Below, in pieces: positions 54,250 to 63,701 of a stretch of DNA of 64,000 nucleotides. The position numbers and the translations under genes are program-made. The stretch is from Candidatus Pacearchaeota archaeon. GTDB lineage: Archaea; Nanobdellota; Nanobdellia; Pacearchaeales; GW2011-AR1. Every line of letters begins with the position of its first letter. The first letter of the stretch is position 1. The stretch is taken from contig JAGLWM010000003.1 in the NCBI GenBank assembly GCA_023133415.1, positions 10,544 to 74,543 of the forward strand, given 5' to 3'. The notes beneath the pieces are model-generated. The model was given only the letters and a program-made list of their open reading frames with translations, did not search any database and was not told the DNA's origin.

Positions 54250-54354
54250 CAAACAATTTTGATTATTTCTAATTAATTTCTAAGTTAGAATCGCCGCCGC
54301 GTACAAACGTACGCAAGAAGATTATAACGACAAAATTAACAGAGAGAATGGAAA
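54250..54354. repeat. Intergenic ~105-nt element, copy B
   Basis: AATTTTGATT (54255), TAAGTTAGAAT (54281), hairpin GCGTAC-AAAC-GTACGC (54299-54314) and ATTATAACGACAAAATT (54321). Internal spacing matches copy A. Confidence 0.55.
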
Positions 54355-54666
54355 TTAAAGTAAAACTAAAGCAACAGGAATCCCATCCACTCTCATAATC
54401 CCCTCATCCTTCACAATTCCCAACTCCTTCGCAATCCCAACCGACCTCTCCCCAACAAAATTAAACGTCGCATCCTCATTTACACATCTCGCGATCTCAT
54501 CTCGAGCCTCATCCTCGCTCATGTCCTTCCCCTTAAAAAATTCTCCCGAAACATCCAAAACCCTCCTCCCATCCACAAGTTTACGTCCAAACACATTCGA
54601 ATCACAAACCGCAACAACCCACCGATACGACTCATGAACCTTCAATAATATACCACTCATAACCAA
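54355..54666 (-). CDS. DUF424-like archaeal protein
   Basis: LLKVHESYRWVVAVCDSNVFGRKL...FNFVGERSVGIAKELGIV fits my recollection of the family. TTG start. Confidence 0.55.
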   Translation of the reverse strand: MVMSGILLKVHESYRWVVAVCDSNVFGRKLVDGRRVLDVSGEFFKGKDMSEDEARDEIARCVNEDATFNFVGERSVGIAKELGIVKDEGIMRVDGIPVALVLL

Positions 54667-54761
54667 CTACCTCAAAATCACTTTAAAAAACTAACCAAAA
54701 AAAGAAAAAAAGCGCGGACAAACCGCGCAATGTTCTACTGCCGACTACCTACTAAAAAATC

Positions 54762-54956
54762 CTAATAGGATTTTTTCGCCTCGCCCTCAGCCACAGCCTT
54801 CTCAGCATTATCCTTCGACATAATCCTACACATACCGCATCCACAAACAGAACACTTCCCCTTTGCCATAAAACCGCCACGCGAAGTCTTCGTCATTTCA
54901 ACATCCTTCATGGACTTATTCTCTTTGCATCTCATACATCTTCCTTCAATTGTCAT
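54762..54956 (-). CDS. Small zinc-ribbon protein
   Basis: CMRC ... CSVCGCGMC arrangement in 64 aa. Confidence 0.5.
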   Translation of the reverse strand: MTIEGRCMRCKENKSMKDVEMTKTSRGGFMAKGKCSVCGCGMCRIMSKDNAEKAVAEGEAKKSY

Positions 54957-55056
54957 TTTTTTCCTCCTTCTACATTTAGTTTCTTCAATTTTATTTCTTT
55001 ATATAAGCAAAAATTTGCTTACCAAGCCCCGCTAATAACACAACCATCAGCGACAC

Positions 55057-55458
55057 TCAAATTTTATGCACCTCATTCTTTGCGCCACAGGCCAAACACC
55101 GAACAAACAACTTTCCACCCTCCTCACTCAACTCGGTATCCGGCTTCCCACACTTAGTACAAATCACATACTGCCTCGCATATTTCTCAATCTTCGCATT
55201 AACATTCTTACTCGACAATTTCCTCGACAATATCAACCGCTCTCCTCTAATCTCCCCCTGAATCCCAAGCTCCTTACTCAAAAACTTCAATAAATGCTCC
55301 GGCTTTCTTCTCAAACAAGCAACCACCTTCCCAAAATTCGTAATCACCGTCCGAACACCCTCATGATGCCCCATAACCTTCAAAACCTCAAATCTCTCAC
55401 TCTCCTCACTAACCTCAACTTCCTCATACGCTGAATCCAACATCTCCTCATAATTCAT
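55057..55458 (-). CDS. eif2b: Translation initiation factor aIF-2 beta
   Basis: YEEMLDSAY, TVITNFGKVVACLRRKPEHLLKFLSKELG and C-terminal CTKCGKPDT...CLACGA motifs. Confidence 0.9.
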   Translation of the reverse strand: MNYEEMLDSAYEEVEVSEESERFEVLKVMGHHEGVRTVITNFGKVVACLRRKPEHLLKFLSKELGIQGEIRGERLILSRKLSSKNVNAKIEKYARQYVICTKCGKPDTELSEEGGKLFVRCLACGAKNEVHKI

Positions 55459-55571
55459 AAAAACTATACACAAAAACCCTTTATAAAAATGTCCACACGC
55501 ACAAAACCACCAAAAAACTTATAAAACCAAAAAACCTCGACTTAATATAAATTCTAGATCATAGATTTAAA

Positions 55572-56234
55572 ATGGACGAAAATTTGAAAAAAAACATATT
55601 ATCAACTGGAACAAGCCTAGTTGGAATAGTATGCAAAGACGGGATAGTCATGGCAGGAGATCGAAAAACAACTGCGGGTGGCCAAATAGTAATGAGCAAG
55701 AACACACAAAAAGTATGCCCAATAAACGACTATCTAGTAATTTCCGGAACGGGAACCTCGTCGGACATAGAAGTTGCAAAGAAACTAATTCGAGCACAAC
55801 TCAAACTAAAAGAACTACGAGACAAAAAAAGAGCAACGGTAAAAGAAGCTGCAAATCTAATCGCCGCCTCAAATTATAGAAATAGCAGACAGCCTGCAAT
55901 GATACCATTTATAGCAGGACTAATGGTAGGAGGATTCAACGAAAATGGAACAGCAGAACTATATTCTGTAGAACCGGCAGGAAGCACAATGAAAATAGAA
56001 GATTTCGACGCAAATTTTTCCTCAGGGATGCCTTATATCTTAGGACTCCTAGAAAAAATGTACAAAAAAGGACTAACAATAGAAGAAGGAATAAACCTAG
56101 CAATCGATGCAATAAAATCCTCCTCAGAAAGAGACACAGCATCAGGTCAAGGTATAGACGTATTTACAATCACTTCCGACGGCATCAGACACGTAGCAAA
56201 ACAAAAAGTAGAAACAGTCTACAAAGAACACTAA
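55572..56234 (+). CDS. psmB: Proteasome subunit beta
   Basis: Short propeptide, then TGTSLVGIVCKDGIVMAGDRKTT. Confidence 0.9.
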   Translation: MDENLKKNILSTGTSLVGIVCKDGIVMAGDRKTTAGGQIVMSKNTQKVCPINDYLVISGTGTSSDIEVAKKLIRAQLKLKELRDKKRATVKEAANLIAASNYRNSRQPAMIPFIAGLMVGGFNENGTAELYSVEPAGSTMKIEDFDANFSSGMPYILGLLEKMYKKGLTIEEGINLAIDAIKSSSERDTASGQGIDVFTITSDGIRHVAKQKVETVYKEH

Positions 56235-56255
56235 TCACTCAATTATATTCACAAA

Positions 56256-58145
56256 ATGGCAGATATTCTAAAGACAATTGAAGACTCTTTACCGCGAGGT
56301 ATAGTAAACTCAACTATATTCGAAGGAGCAAACATTGTAGTCTACACAACCGACACCGCATTCTTCAAAAACGGCGACCCCAAAATCAAGGAAATCGTTA
56401 ACACTATCAAAAAACGAATCGAACTCAGAGCCGACAAAAAACTCCTCCTCTCACAAGAAGAAACCGAGCAAAAAATAAGACAAATCATCCCACGAGAAGC
56501 CGAAATCACAAAAATCATCTTCGACCCACAACGAAGTATCGTCATAATCGAAGCAAAAAAACCAGGACTCGCAATCGGGAAAGGCGGCTCTCTTCTTAGA
56601 GAAGCAAAAATAAACACATTATGGACTCCCCAAGTCCAACGAAGCGCCGCGATTAAATCCAAAATCACAGACAAAGTCCGAGAAGTCCTCTATATGGACA
56701 ACTCCTACCGTAAAAAATTCTTAAATAATATCGGAGAAAAAATCTACAAAAAATGGAACCCAGAAAAAATGGAAGAATGGGTCAGAATAACAGCGCTAGG
56801 AGGCGCAAGACAAGTAGGACGAAGCTGTTTTCTACTACAAACTCCAATATCGAAAATCTTAATTGATTGCGGAATCGACGTATCCTCAACCGGCAAGGAT
56901 AAATACCCATACCTCGAAGCACCAGAACTCGACCTCTCAATAATCGACGCAGTAATCCTATCCCACGCACATCTCGACCACTCCGGACTAATTCCATACC
57001 TCTACAAAATGGGATACAACGGACCAGTTTATATGACAGCCCCAACACGAGATATCTCAGCCCTAATGGCACTCGACTTTATCGGCGTAGCATACAAACA
57101 AGCCGCGGCTCCACTCTTCAAATCCTCAGACGTCCGAAACATGGTAAAACACTCAATCACACTAAACTATCAAGAAGTCACCGACATCACGCCAGACATC
57201 CGAATCACACTCTACAACGCCGGTCACACACTAGGCTCCTCTATGATCCACTTCAACATCGGAAACGGTTTACACAATTACGTCTACTCCGGAGACATCA
57301 AATTCGGAAAATCCCGATCCCTCGAATCCGCAGCATCCTATTTCCCACGACTAGAAACCCTACAACTAGAAGCAACCTATGGAGGAAAAGACAACAACTA
57401 CCCGCCACGAAAAGAATCAGAAGAAGTCTTAATCAATTTCGTAAATGGAGTAATCTCTGGAGGCGGAAAAGTCCTACTGCCAGAACTAGGAACCGGTCAC
57501 GCTCAGGAAAAAATGTTAATCCTAGAAGATGCGATGCGAACAGGAAAAATCCCAAGAGTCCCAATCTACATCGACGGAATGATCTGGGATATCAATGCAA
57601 TCCACACGGCATATCCAGACTTCCTATCCAACACACTCAGAGCAAACATCTTCGCAGACAAAAACCCATTCACATCAAAAGCCTTCAGCCAAGTAGGATC
57701 CCCACAAGAAAGAAAAAACGTAATCGAAGGCGGCCCATGTATAATCATAGCAACTTCAGGAATGCTTGTGGGAGGCGCATCCGTAGAATATTTAAAAGAA
57801 TTTGCAAGTTCCCCCACAAACGGACTTTGCCTATCCTGTTATCAGCCACCAGGCGGCCTAGGACGACAACTCAAAGAAGGAGTCAAAGAAATAAAATTCG
57901 ATGTAAACGGAAAATCCGAAATGGTCCAAGTCAGATTAAAATTCATTTCAATAGACGGATTTTCCGGACACTCCTCGAGAAACGAACTAATGGCATTTGT
58001 AAATAACATCAACCCAAAACCAAGAAAAATAATCATAAATCACGGCGAACAATCAAAATGCCTAGACCTTGCTTCGTCCATCTACAAATCCCAACGAATA
58101 GAAACAACGGTTCCAAAGAATTTGGAAACTATAAGGTTGAGATAA
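56256..58145 (+). CDS. aCPSF1-type beta-CASP ribonuclease with N-terminal KH domains
   Basis: KPGLAIGKGGS (KH domain), HAHLDHSG and the metallo-beta-lactamase/beta-CASP layout. Confidence 0.9.
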   Translation: MADILKTIEDSLPRGIVNSTIFEGANIVVYTTDTAFFKNGDPKIKEIVNTIKKRIELRADKKLLLSQEETEQKIRQIIPREAEITKIIFDPQRSIVIIEAKKPGLAIGKGGSLLREAKINTLWTPQVQRSAAIKSKITDKVREVLYMDNSYRKKFLNNIGEKIYKKWNPEKMEEWVRITALGGARQVGRSCFLLQTPISKILIDCGIDVSSTGKDKYPYLEAPELDLSIIDAVILSHAHLDHSGLIPYLYKMGYNGPVYMTAPTRDISALMALDFIGVAYKQAAAPLFKSSDVRNMVKHSITLNYQEVTDITPDIRITLYNAGHTLGSSMIHFNIGNGLHNYVYSGDIKFGKSRSLESAASYFPRLETLQLEATYGGKDNNYPPRKESEEVLINFVNGVISGGGKVLLPELGTGHAQEKMLILEDAMRTGKIPRVPIYIDGMIWDINAIHTAYPDFLSNTLRANIFADKNPFTSKAFSQVGSPQERKNVIEGGPCIIIATSGMLVGGASVEYLKEFASSPTNGLCLSCYQPPGGLGRQLKEGVKEIKFDVNGKSEMVQVRLKFISIDGFSGHSSRNELMAFVNNINPKPRKIIINHGEQSKCLDLASSIYKSQRIETTVPKNLETIRLR

Positions 58146-58220
58146 AAATATTGAGGAAAATTGTTAACAATCACTCAAATACTGCAAAACTTATTAAAAC
58201 TCATTAAATTCTATATTATT

Positions 58221-58613
58221 ATGAAGATATTTGTTCTACGATTACACCCCAAACAAGATTTGAAAAATGAATTAATCAAGCTTACCAAAAAAAACAATAT
58301 TCAAGCCGGATTTATTCTAACTTGTGTTGGCTCATTGAACAGAGCAACCCTCAGGATGGCAGATAAAAATGTCAAAGATTTTGAAGAAAAATTTGAAATC
58401 GTTTCACTTGTTGGAACTCTCTCTCAAGAAGGTGTTCATCTGCATATTTCACTTTCAAACAAAAACGGTAATACGATTGGCGGTCATCTTAAAAAAAATT
58501 GCCCCATTCATACTACTGCTGAAATAGTGATTGGCGAACTTAATAATATTAAGTTCTCAAGAAAATTCGATAAGCAAACAAAATTCAAGGAATTGGTTAT
58601 TTCTAAAAAATAA
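58221..58613 (+). CDS. PPC/DUF296 domain protein
   Basis: VLRLHPKQDL...GFILTCVGSLNRATL...IVSLVGTL...VHLHISLSN..GNTIGGHL pattern. Start moved to MKIFVL. Confidence 0.6.
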   Translation: MKIFVLRLHPKQDLKNELIKLTKKNNIQAGFILTCVGSLNRATLRMADKNVKDFEEKFEIVSLVGTLSQEGVHLHISLSNKNGNTIGGHLKKNCPIHTTAEIVIGELNNIKFSRKFDKQTKFKELVISKK

Positions 58614-58713
58614 ATAGTGCCCTACGTCACCTTCGCTACTTGGATATGTTTTTGCCATTAAATAGCCTCCCACCCCTAAAGTCTTAAATACCACACTCCA
58701 ATCTAACTAACAG

Positions 58714-58923
58714 GTGAATATGAAAAAAAGATCAAATCATATAAAAAAAGCATCATTAACATTATTAATCGCATTTGCAATTATAAGTTTCTGGCGAGGA
58801 ATCTGGGGCATAATGGACATTTATCTATTCCCAAAAAATTTACTATTAAGTTTTATATCTTCAATATTAATCGGTATCATTATAGTATACTCAACTAAAC
58901 ATACACTGAAATCGCTAATATGA
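58714..58923 (+). CDS. Small 2-TM membrane protein
   Basis: Two hydrophobic segments. ORF only. Confidence 0.4.
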   Translation: MNMKKRSNHIKKASLTLLIAFAIISFWRGIWGIMDIYLFPKNLLLSFISSILIGIIIVYSTKHTLKSLI

Positions 58924-59005
58924 AAAAAAAATTAAATCAAAACAAAGTTTTGGAAAATAAGTTTTCTACTTGCGAGAAATTTCTTTTTCTAAAAGAAAGA
59001 AATCA

Positions 59006-59950
59006 ATGAAACACAAACTTTCCATAACTCTACTCCTCTTAACAATGTTTCTAGCAACGCAGGCAATTGGTCTCTTCGTAATCAACACCTACGCCCCTCA
59101 ATCCATAATCGACCCCAAGACGGGAGAAATAACCACAATTCAAAACGACCTCCCATTCGGACTCGAAACCCCAGAAGACGAACCAACCTCAACCTTTTTC
59201 TCAATCGTCCTCTCATTCGCCCTGGCCATCATCACAATCCTAATCCTAATAAAATATAAATGGAAAATGATAATTCGACTCTGGTTTTTCTTCGTCATAG
59301 CCCTAGCTCTTGCAATCTCAATCAATGCAATCCTAAAATTGACAACCCTCACAAACATTTCCCTAATCGCCCTAGCAATCGCAATCCCACTTTCCTTCCT
59401 AAAAATCTTCCGCCCAAACGTCTACATCCATAACACAACCGAACTCCTAATCTATCCCGGCATCGCAGCAGTCTTCGTCCCAATCCTGACTCCATACTCA
59501 ATCATCGCCCTTCTAATCCTCATTTCAATCTACGACGCATGGGCAGTCTGGAAATCAGGCGTAATGCAAAAAATGGCAAAATTCCAAATGGATGAATTAA
59601 AAATATTTGGCGGCTTTTTAGTTCCCTCCGCATCCAAATCCGTCAAAAAACAAATCGAAAAAATAAAAATAAAATATAAAAATAAAAAAATACCAAAATC
59701 AGTCAAAAATAAAAAATTCAAAATCAATATAGCAATCCTCGGAGGCGGCGACGTCATCTTTCCAATAATCACAGCCGGAGTCTTCATGAGGGCATACAGT
59801 ATTACACCCGCTCTTTTCATAATTTTCGGAAGCCTCATCGGACTTCTCTCAATTTTCCTCTTTTCCAAAAAAGGTAAAGCATATCCAGCAATGCCCTACA
59901 TCACAACCGGAATCTTCGCAGGACTCCTCCTCTGGAAACTATTTTTTTAA
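59006..59950 (+). CDS. Presenilin / signal-peptide-peptidase-like intramembrane aspartyl protease (A22)
   Basis: YD (SIYDAWAV), GxGD (LGGGDVIFP) and PAL-like (YPAMPY) motifs in a polytopic protein. Confidence 0.7.
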   Translation: MKHKLSITLLLLTMFLATQAIGLFVINTYAPQSIIDPKTGEITTIQNDLPFGLETPEDEPTSTFFSIVLSFALAIITILILIKYKWKMIIRLWFFFVIALALAISINAILKLTTLTNISLIALAIAIPLSFLKIFRPNVYIHNTTELLIYPGIAAVFVPILTPYSIIALLILISIYDAWAVWKSGVMQKMAKFQMDELKIFGGFLVPSASKSVKKQIEKIKIKYKNKKIPKSVKNKKFKINIAILGGGDVIFPIITAGVFMRAYSITPALFIIFGSLIGLLSIFLFSKKGKAYPAMPYITTGIFAGLLLWKLFF

Positions 59951-60411
59951 GAAAACTTTTTTTTCACAGAATCTGGATTAGAAATAACAATATCGTATTT
60001 CCCCGCAATATGCCTATAAAAATTAGGATTATAAATACCAACACTCAAATCAAGATCTCTATTTAAGAAAATTTTAGATAAACGCTGGGGATTCTCCCTC
60101 AAAAGACAACTCCTTCCATTAAAAGGCTCAAACCTCTCCCATGCACAATGAAACAATTGTAAAGAATATGAAAATTGAGACTCGCTCTTCAAATCCTCAA
60201 AAAAACTTTTACATGGAGCGCCTCCGTGACAACCAGCCGCCAAACCTCTAATATTAAAATAATCACCAAGCTCCCTAATCAAATAAGATTTTCCACTATT
60301 TGGCAACCCATAAATACCTACCAAAATCGGCCGCTCAACTATACCCTCGACAGCCCTTATAATTTCACTTTTCCCTTTCTCAAATTCCAAAGCTTGACCA
60401 ACTCCCATCAA
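59947..60411 (-). CDS. P-loop NTPase-like protein
   Basis: Walker A-like GLPNSGKS. Low-GC island composition. Confidence 0.45.
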   Translation of the reverse strand: MMGVGQALEFEKGKSEIIRAVEGIVERPILVGIYGLPNSGKSYLIRELGDYFNIRGLAAGCHGGAPCKSFFEDLKSESQFSYSLQLFHCAWERFEPFNGRSCLLRENPQRLSKIFLNRDLDLSVGIYNPNFYRHIAGKYDIVISNPDSVKKKFS

Positions 60412-60591
60412 TAAATCACACCCATAATAACATACTCAATATCCCCAAACCGAATCTTCCTATCTCCAATTTATATTGCATAAAACACAATCAAAAATAT
60501 CTTATTTAAACTTTCTCATTGTAACCCCTATAAAAAGATAACATAATCCAAACATTTATAAAAGAAATTATAATTCTATAGTAACAATAAA

Positions 60592-61386
60592 ATGATAGTA
60601 AAAACAGAATTAATCAAAAAACTGAAAGGATATTTCGATCTGAATATCTATGAAACAAAAGTATGGCTTGCCCTACTCTCTAAAGGAATTTCCTCCGCAG
60701 GAGAAATCGCCGAAATCTCATCCGTACCAAGATCCCGAACTTATGATGTTTTAGAATCTTTAGACAAACGAGGCTTCGTAATCCAAAAACTCGGCAAACC
60801 AGTAAAATATATCGCAGTGAGACCAGAAATTGTAATTGAAAAACTAAAAAACAACACAACCAAACACGCCGAAGAAAAAATCAAAACACTTTCCACACTA
60901 AAAGACACAACCGAATACAAAGAGCTCCAAGAACTCCACAAAACTGGAATCGAACCAATCAAAAACCACGAACTATCAACTTCAATCAAAGGACGATCCA
61001 ACTTATACCTTCAAATGAAAGCCATTATGGAAACAGCATCCCAGACAATCCATTTAACATCCTCCGCATTCGAGCTAACAAAAAAACAAAAAATGTTCAA
61101 AGACGTATTTGCAAAATTAAAGAAAAGAAATGTAGACATCAAAGTAATGATTGGAGACAACGAAGAAGAAGCAAAAAAGTTATCCAAAAAACTAAAAATA
61201 AAAATTAGGTCCCGTCCAATTCACGCACGATTCGTAATAGTAGACAAGACAGAATTAATCTTCACAATCAAACCAACAAACGTCCACGAGGACTTCGACT
61301 ATGGTGTCTGGATAAATTCCCCATTCTTCACAAATTCCCTAGCTTACATGTTCGAGATGGCATGGAAAAATAACCAGAATGAGTAA
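60592..61386 (+). CDS. TrmB-family transcriptional regulator
   Basis: LNIYETKVWLALLSKGISSAGEIAEISSVPRSRTYDVLESLDKRGFV plus a TrmB C-terminal-type domain. Confidence 0.8.
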   Translation: MIVKTELIKKLKGYFDLNIYETKVWLALLSKGISSAGEIAEISSVPRSRTYDVLESLDKRGFVIQKLGKPVKYIAVRPEIVIEKLKNNTTKHAEEKIKTLSTLKDTTEYKELQELHKTGIEPIKNHELSTSIKGRSNLYLQMKAIMETASQTIHLTSSAFELTKKQKMFKDVFAKLKKRNVDIKVMIGDNEEEAKKLSKKLKIKIRSRPIHARFVIVDKTELIFTIKPTNVHEDFDYGVWINSPFFTNSLAYMFEMAWKNNQNE

Positions 61387-61964
61387 CGCAAAATTCGAAA
61401 GAAGTCTAATCATTGGAGGATTCGATCCATTTCACGAAGGACACGAACACCTCTTAAAAATATCTCGGAATTATTCCAAATTAACCGATGTTTATATCGG
61501 AGCCAAAAAAAGAAAAAATAGACTCCCCCGAAATGTCAGAGCAAAATCCGTAGAAAGCATCATAAAAGACAATAATTGGGATAACCAAGTAAAAGTAATA
61601 GATACCGGAAAATATATGGACTTAAACACTAACAAATATTCTTTGTTTATATACGGATCAGATTTCTTAAATTTCCTTTCATTAAATACCTCTTCAAGAG
61701 GCAAAAAAAATAAAAGATTCTTATAAAAATTACTATCTTTCATTTCCAAACATATTAATTATAAACAGAGATAAAATGCCACTGAAGCAAGAAGTAAGAC
61801 AAAAATTAACTGGACATACAAATATAATCAATTTACAAGGATATACAAATATTTCGGGAACCCAAATAAGAAAAGCATATAAAAATGGGAAAGATATTAG
61901 CAAAATGGTTTCCGAGAATGTGTGGGAAATTATAAAAGATTATGCTCGTGTATTTAATAATTGA
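61379..61964 (+). pseudogene. Cytidylyltransferase-fold adenylyltransferase (NMNAT/NadD-like) split by a frameshift at an A8 run
   Basis: ORF 61379-61726 carries GGFDPFHEGHEHLL (HxGH). ORF 61776-61964 carries ISGTQIRK (ISxTxIR). The downstream frame is open from 61686. Removing one A from A8 at 61703-61710 fuses them. Confidence 0.6.
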
Positions 61965-62020
61965 ATAAACCAGCCTCCTCCAACCACAATTAATTTAAAT
62001 CAAATAATATCTATAATTCT

Positions 62021-62329
62021 ATGGCTATAGAAAAATTCACATTTTATGCAGATACCATAAAAGAGATAAATTGGATAATTAAACATTTAAAAAAATTGCC
62101 GAGAAAAACATTAAAATCTCTTGAATCCCTTACCTCTACAAAAAACATAGGAATAGATTCTCCAGTATCAGTAAAAAACCTGATACGCATATATCCTCTT
62201 AGTGGAGAAATTAGAGAATTTGACAGCCCCGCAGAAAGCAATGATTATTCAACCGGAACAAGATTTAAACATAAGGGAATAGAATATTGTATTTTCAAAC
62301 AACTCCCTCCTTGGTTAAAAAAATATTAA
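62021..62329 (+). CDS. Hypothetical protein
   Basis: ORF only, low-GC island composition. Confidence 0.4.
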   Translation: MAIEKFTFYADTIKEINWIIKHLKKLPRKTLKSLESLTSTKNIGIDSPVSVKNLIRIYPLSGEIREFDSPAESNDYSTGTRFKHKGIEYCIFKQLPPWLKKY

Positions 62330-63634
62330 TCAAAAATCCCTAATCCTCATTCCCGCCCCCATCTCCCTCTCAACTTTCTTAACCAACTTAAACACCTCGA
62401 CAATCCCGCTCTTATCTCTAACCCACCAAAAGCCCTTCTTTTTAAAAACCCTGTCCCCTTTCGCCCTTCTAAATTTCTTAATCGCATCCCCCAATCCAAC
62501 TGACGGACCCCTAACCTCAATTTCCAATTTCTCCTCAACAACCAAATATCCCTTCGCCCTCTGCCCGCCCAAATAATCAAACTCCTTCATCAAAACCTTC
62601 TGCTGCTTCCGAGTCAACTCTCTGGCAAAAAAATCCAAAAGTTTCTTCATCTTCGTCCCAGCAATATCACCCTCCTGTCTGTCTGTCCTCAAATTAATCT
62701 CGACGAATCTTGCCTTATTCTTAACAGCAAACTTCTTCATCCCCTCAACATCAATCTCCCTCTTCTTAAAAAACTCCAACGACGATGATTTTAGAAATTC
62801 CCTAGCAACATCAGCAAATTTTCCAAAAGTCTCAAATCCCAAACCAGCAGTCACATTCCTAAACTTATAAGTCGGATCAATCAAAACAACGGGACACTGC
62901 AACTTCGAACTATTCAACTCTCTCAAAACCTCTCCTTTATTCCTAAAATACATTAACGGATCAATAACAACCTGCTCATCCCCCTTGACCCGACCACCGA
63001 CCACCGACCACCGACCACCGACCACCGACTTTCGACCACCGACTTTCGTCATCCCCTTCAAAAATTTAACAAACCCCCCAAAATAAATAACCAAAATCTC
63101 CAATGAATACCCACTAAAACCATGCATATAACTCTCCGCCCCATAACAACGATTCGCCCGACAAAACGCTTTCGCCAACTTTATCTCATCGGCAATCTCC
63201 GGATTCTTTTTTACCTCTCCACCAATATATTTGACATGACTCAAAGAAACATCCGTCACATTTTCCGCCAATTCGGGATCTTTATTCTTCACAACCGGAA
63301 TCACTTCCAACAAAACGCCATCACAAACAATCTGAAAATAATCCCGCGACCCATGCACTTTTTTCAAAACACCAGGTAAATCAATTTTCTTCAAAACCTT
63401 CTCCAACCCCAAAATATCCTCCGAATAATCGAACACAACAAAAATATCAACATCCTGCCGTCCCAATCTCCGAACCATCGTCCCCTTCGCCAAACTACCC
63501 CCAATATACGCCCTCAGACCTCGCTCCTTCAACTTTTTAATCAAATCGTTAGCAACACGCCGAAATCCTGAAACCTCACTCCCAGAAAGCGAAATCCTCT
63601 TTAATTCATTTCCCAAAAGCTCCTTCATATTCAT
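62330..63634 (-). CDS. cca: CCA-adding enzyme (archaeal class I tRNA nucleotidyltransferase)
   Basis: GSLAKGTMVRRLGRQDVDIFVVF and the overall archaeal CCA layout. Start moved to MNMKELL. Carries the repeat insert GGRKSVVGGRWSVVGGRVKG. Confidence 0.85.
   Translation of the reverse strand: MNMKELLGNELKRISLSGSEVSGFRRVANDLIKKLKERGLRAYIGGSLAKGTMVRRLGRQDVDIFVVFDYSEDILGLEKVLKKIDLPGVLKKVHGSRDYFQIVCDGVLLEVIPVVKNKDPELAENVTDVSLSHVKYIGGEVKKNPEIADEIKLAKAFCRANRCYGAESYMHGFSGYSLEILVIYFGGFVKFLKGMTKVGGRKSVVGGRWSVVGGRVKGDEQVVIDPLMYFRNKGEVLRELNSSKLQCPVVLIDPTYKFRNVTAGLGFETFGKFADVAREFLKSSSLEFFKKREIDVEGMKKFAVKNKARFVEINLRTDRQEGDIAGTKMKKLLDFFARELTRKQQKVLMKEFDYLGGQRAKGYLVVEEKLEIEVRGPSVGLGDAIKKFRRAKGDRVFKKKGFWWVRDKSGIVEVFKLVKKVEREMGAGMRIRDF
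62984..63053. repeat. Heptanucleotide tandem tract (CGACCAC x5, then CGACTTT/CGACCAC) in frame inside cca
   Basis: Units at 62991, 62998, 63005, 63012, 63019, 63026, 63033 and 63040, with degenerate units on both flanks. Confidence 0.85.
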
Positions 63635-63701
63635 AATAAAAAAATACAAATACATTATATAAAATTACCTTAAAACGTAACAAAAACCAACCTAATGCTC
63701 A

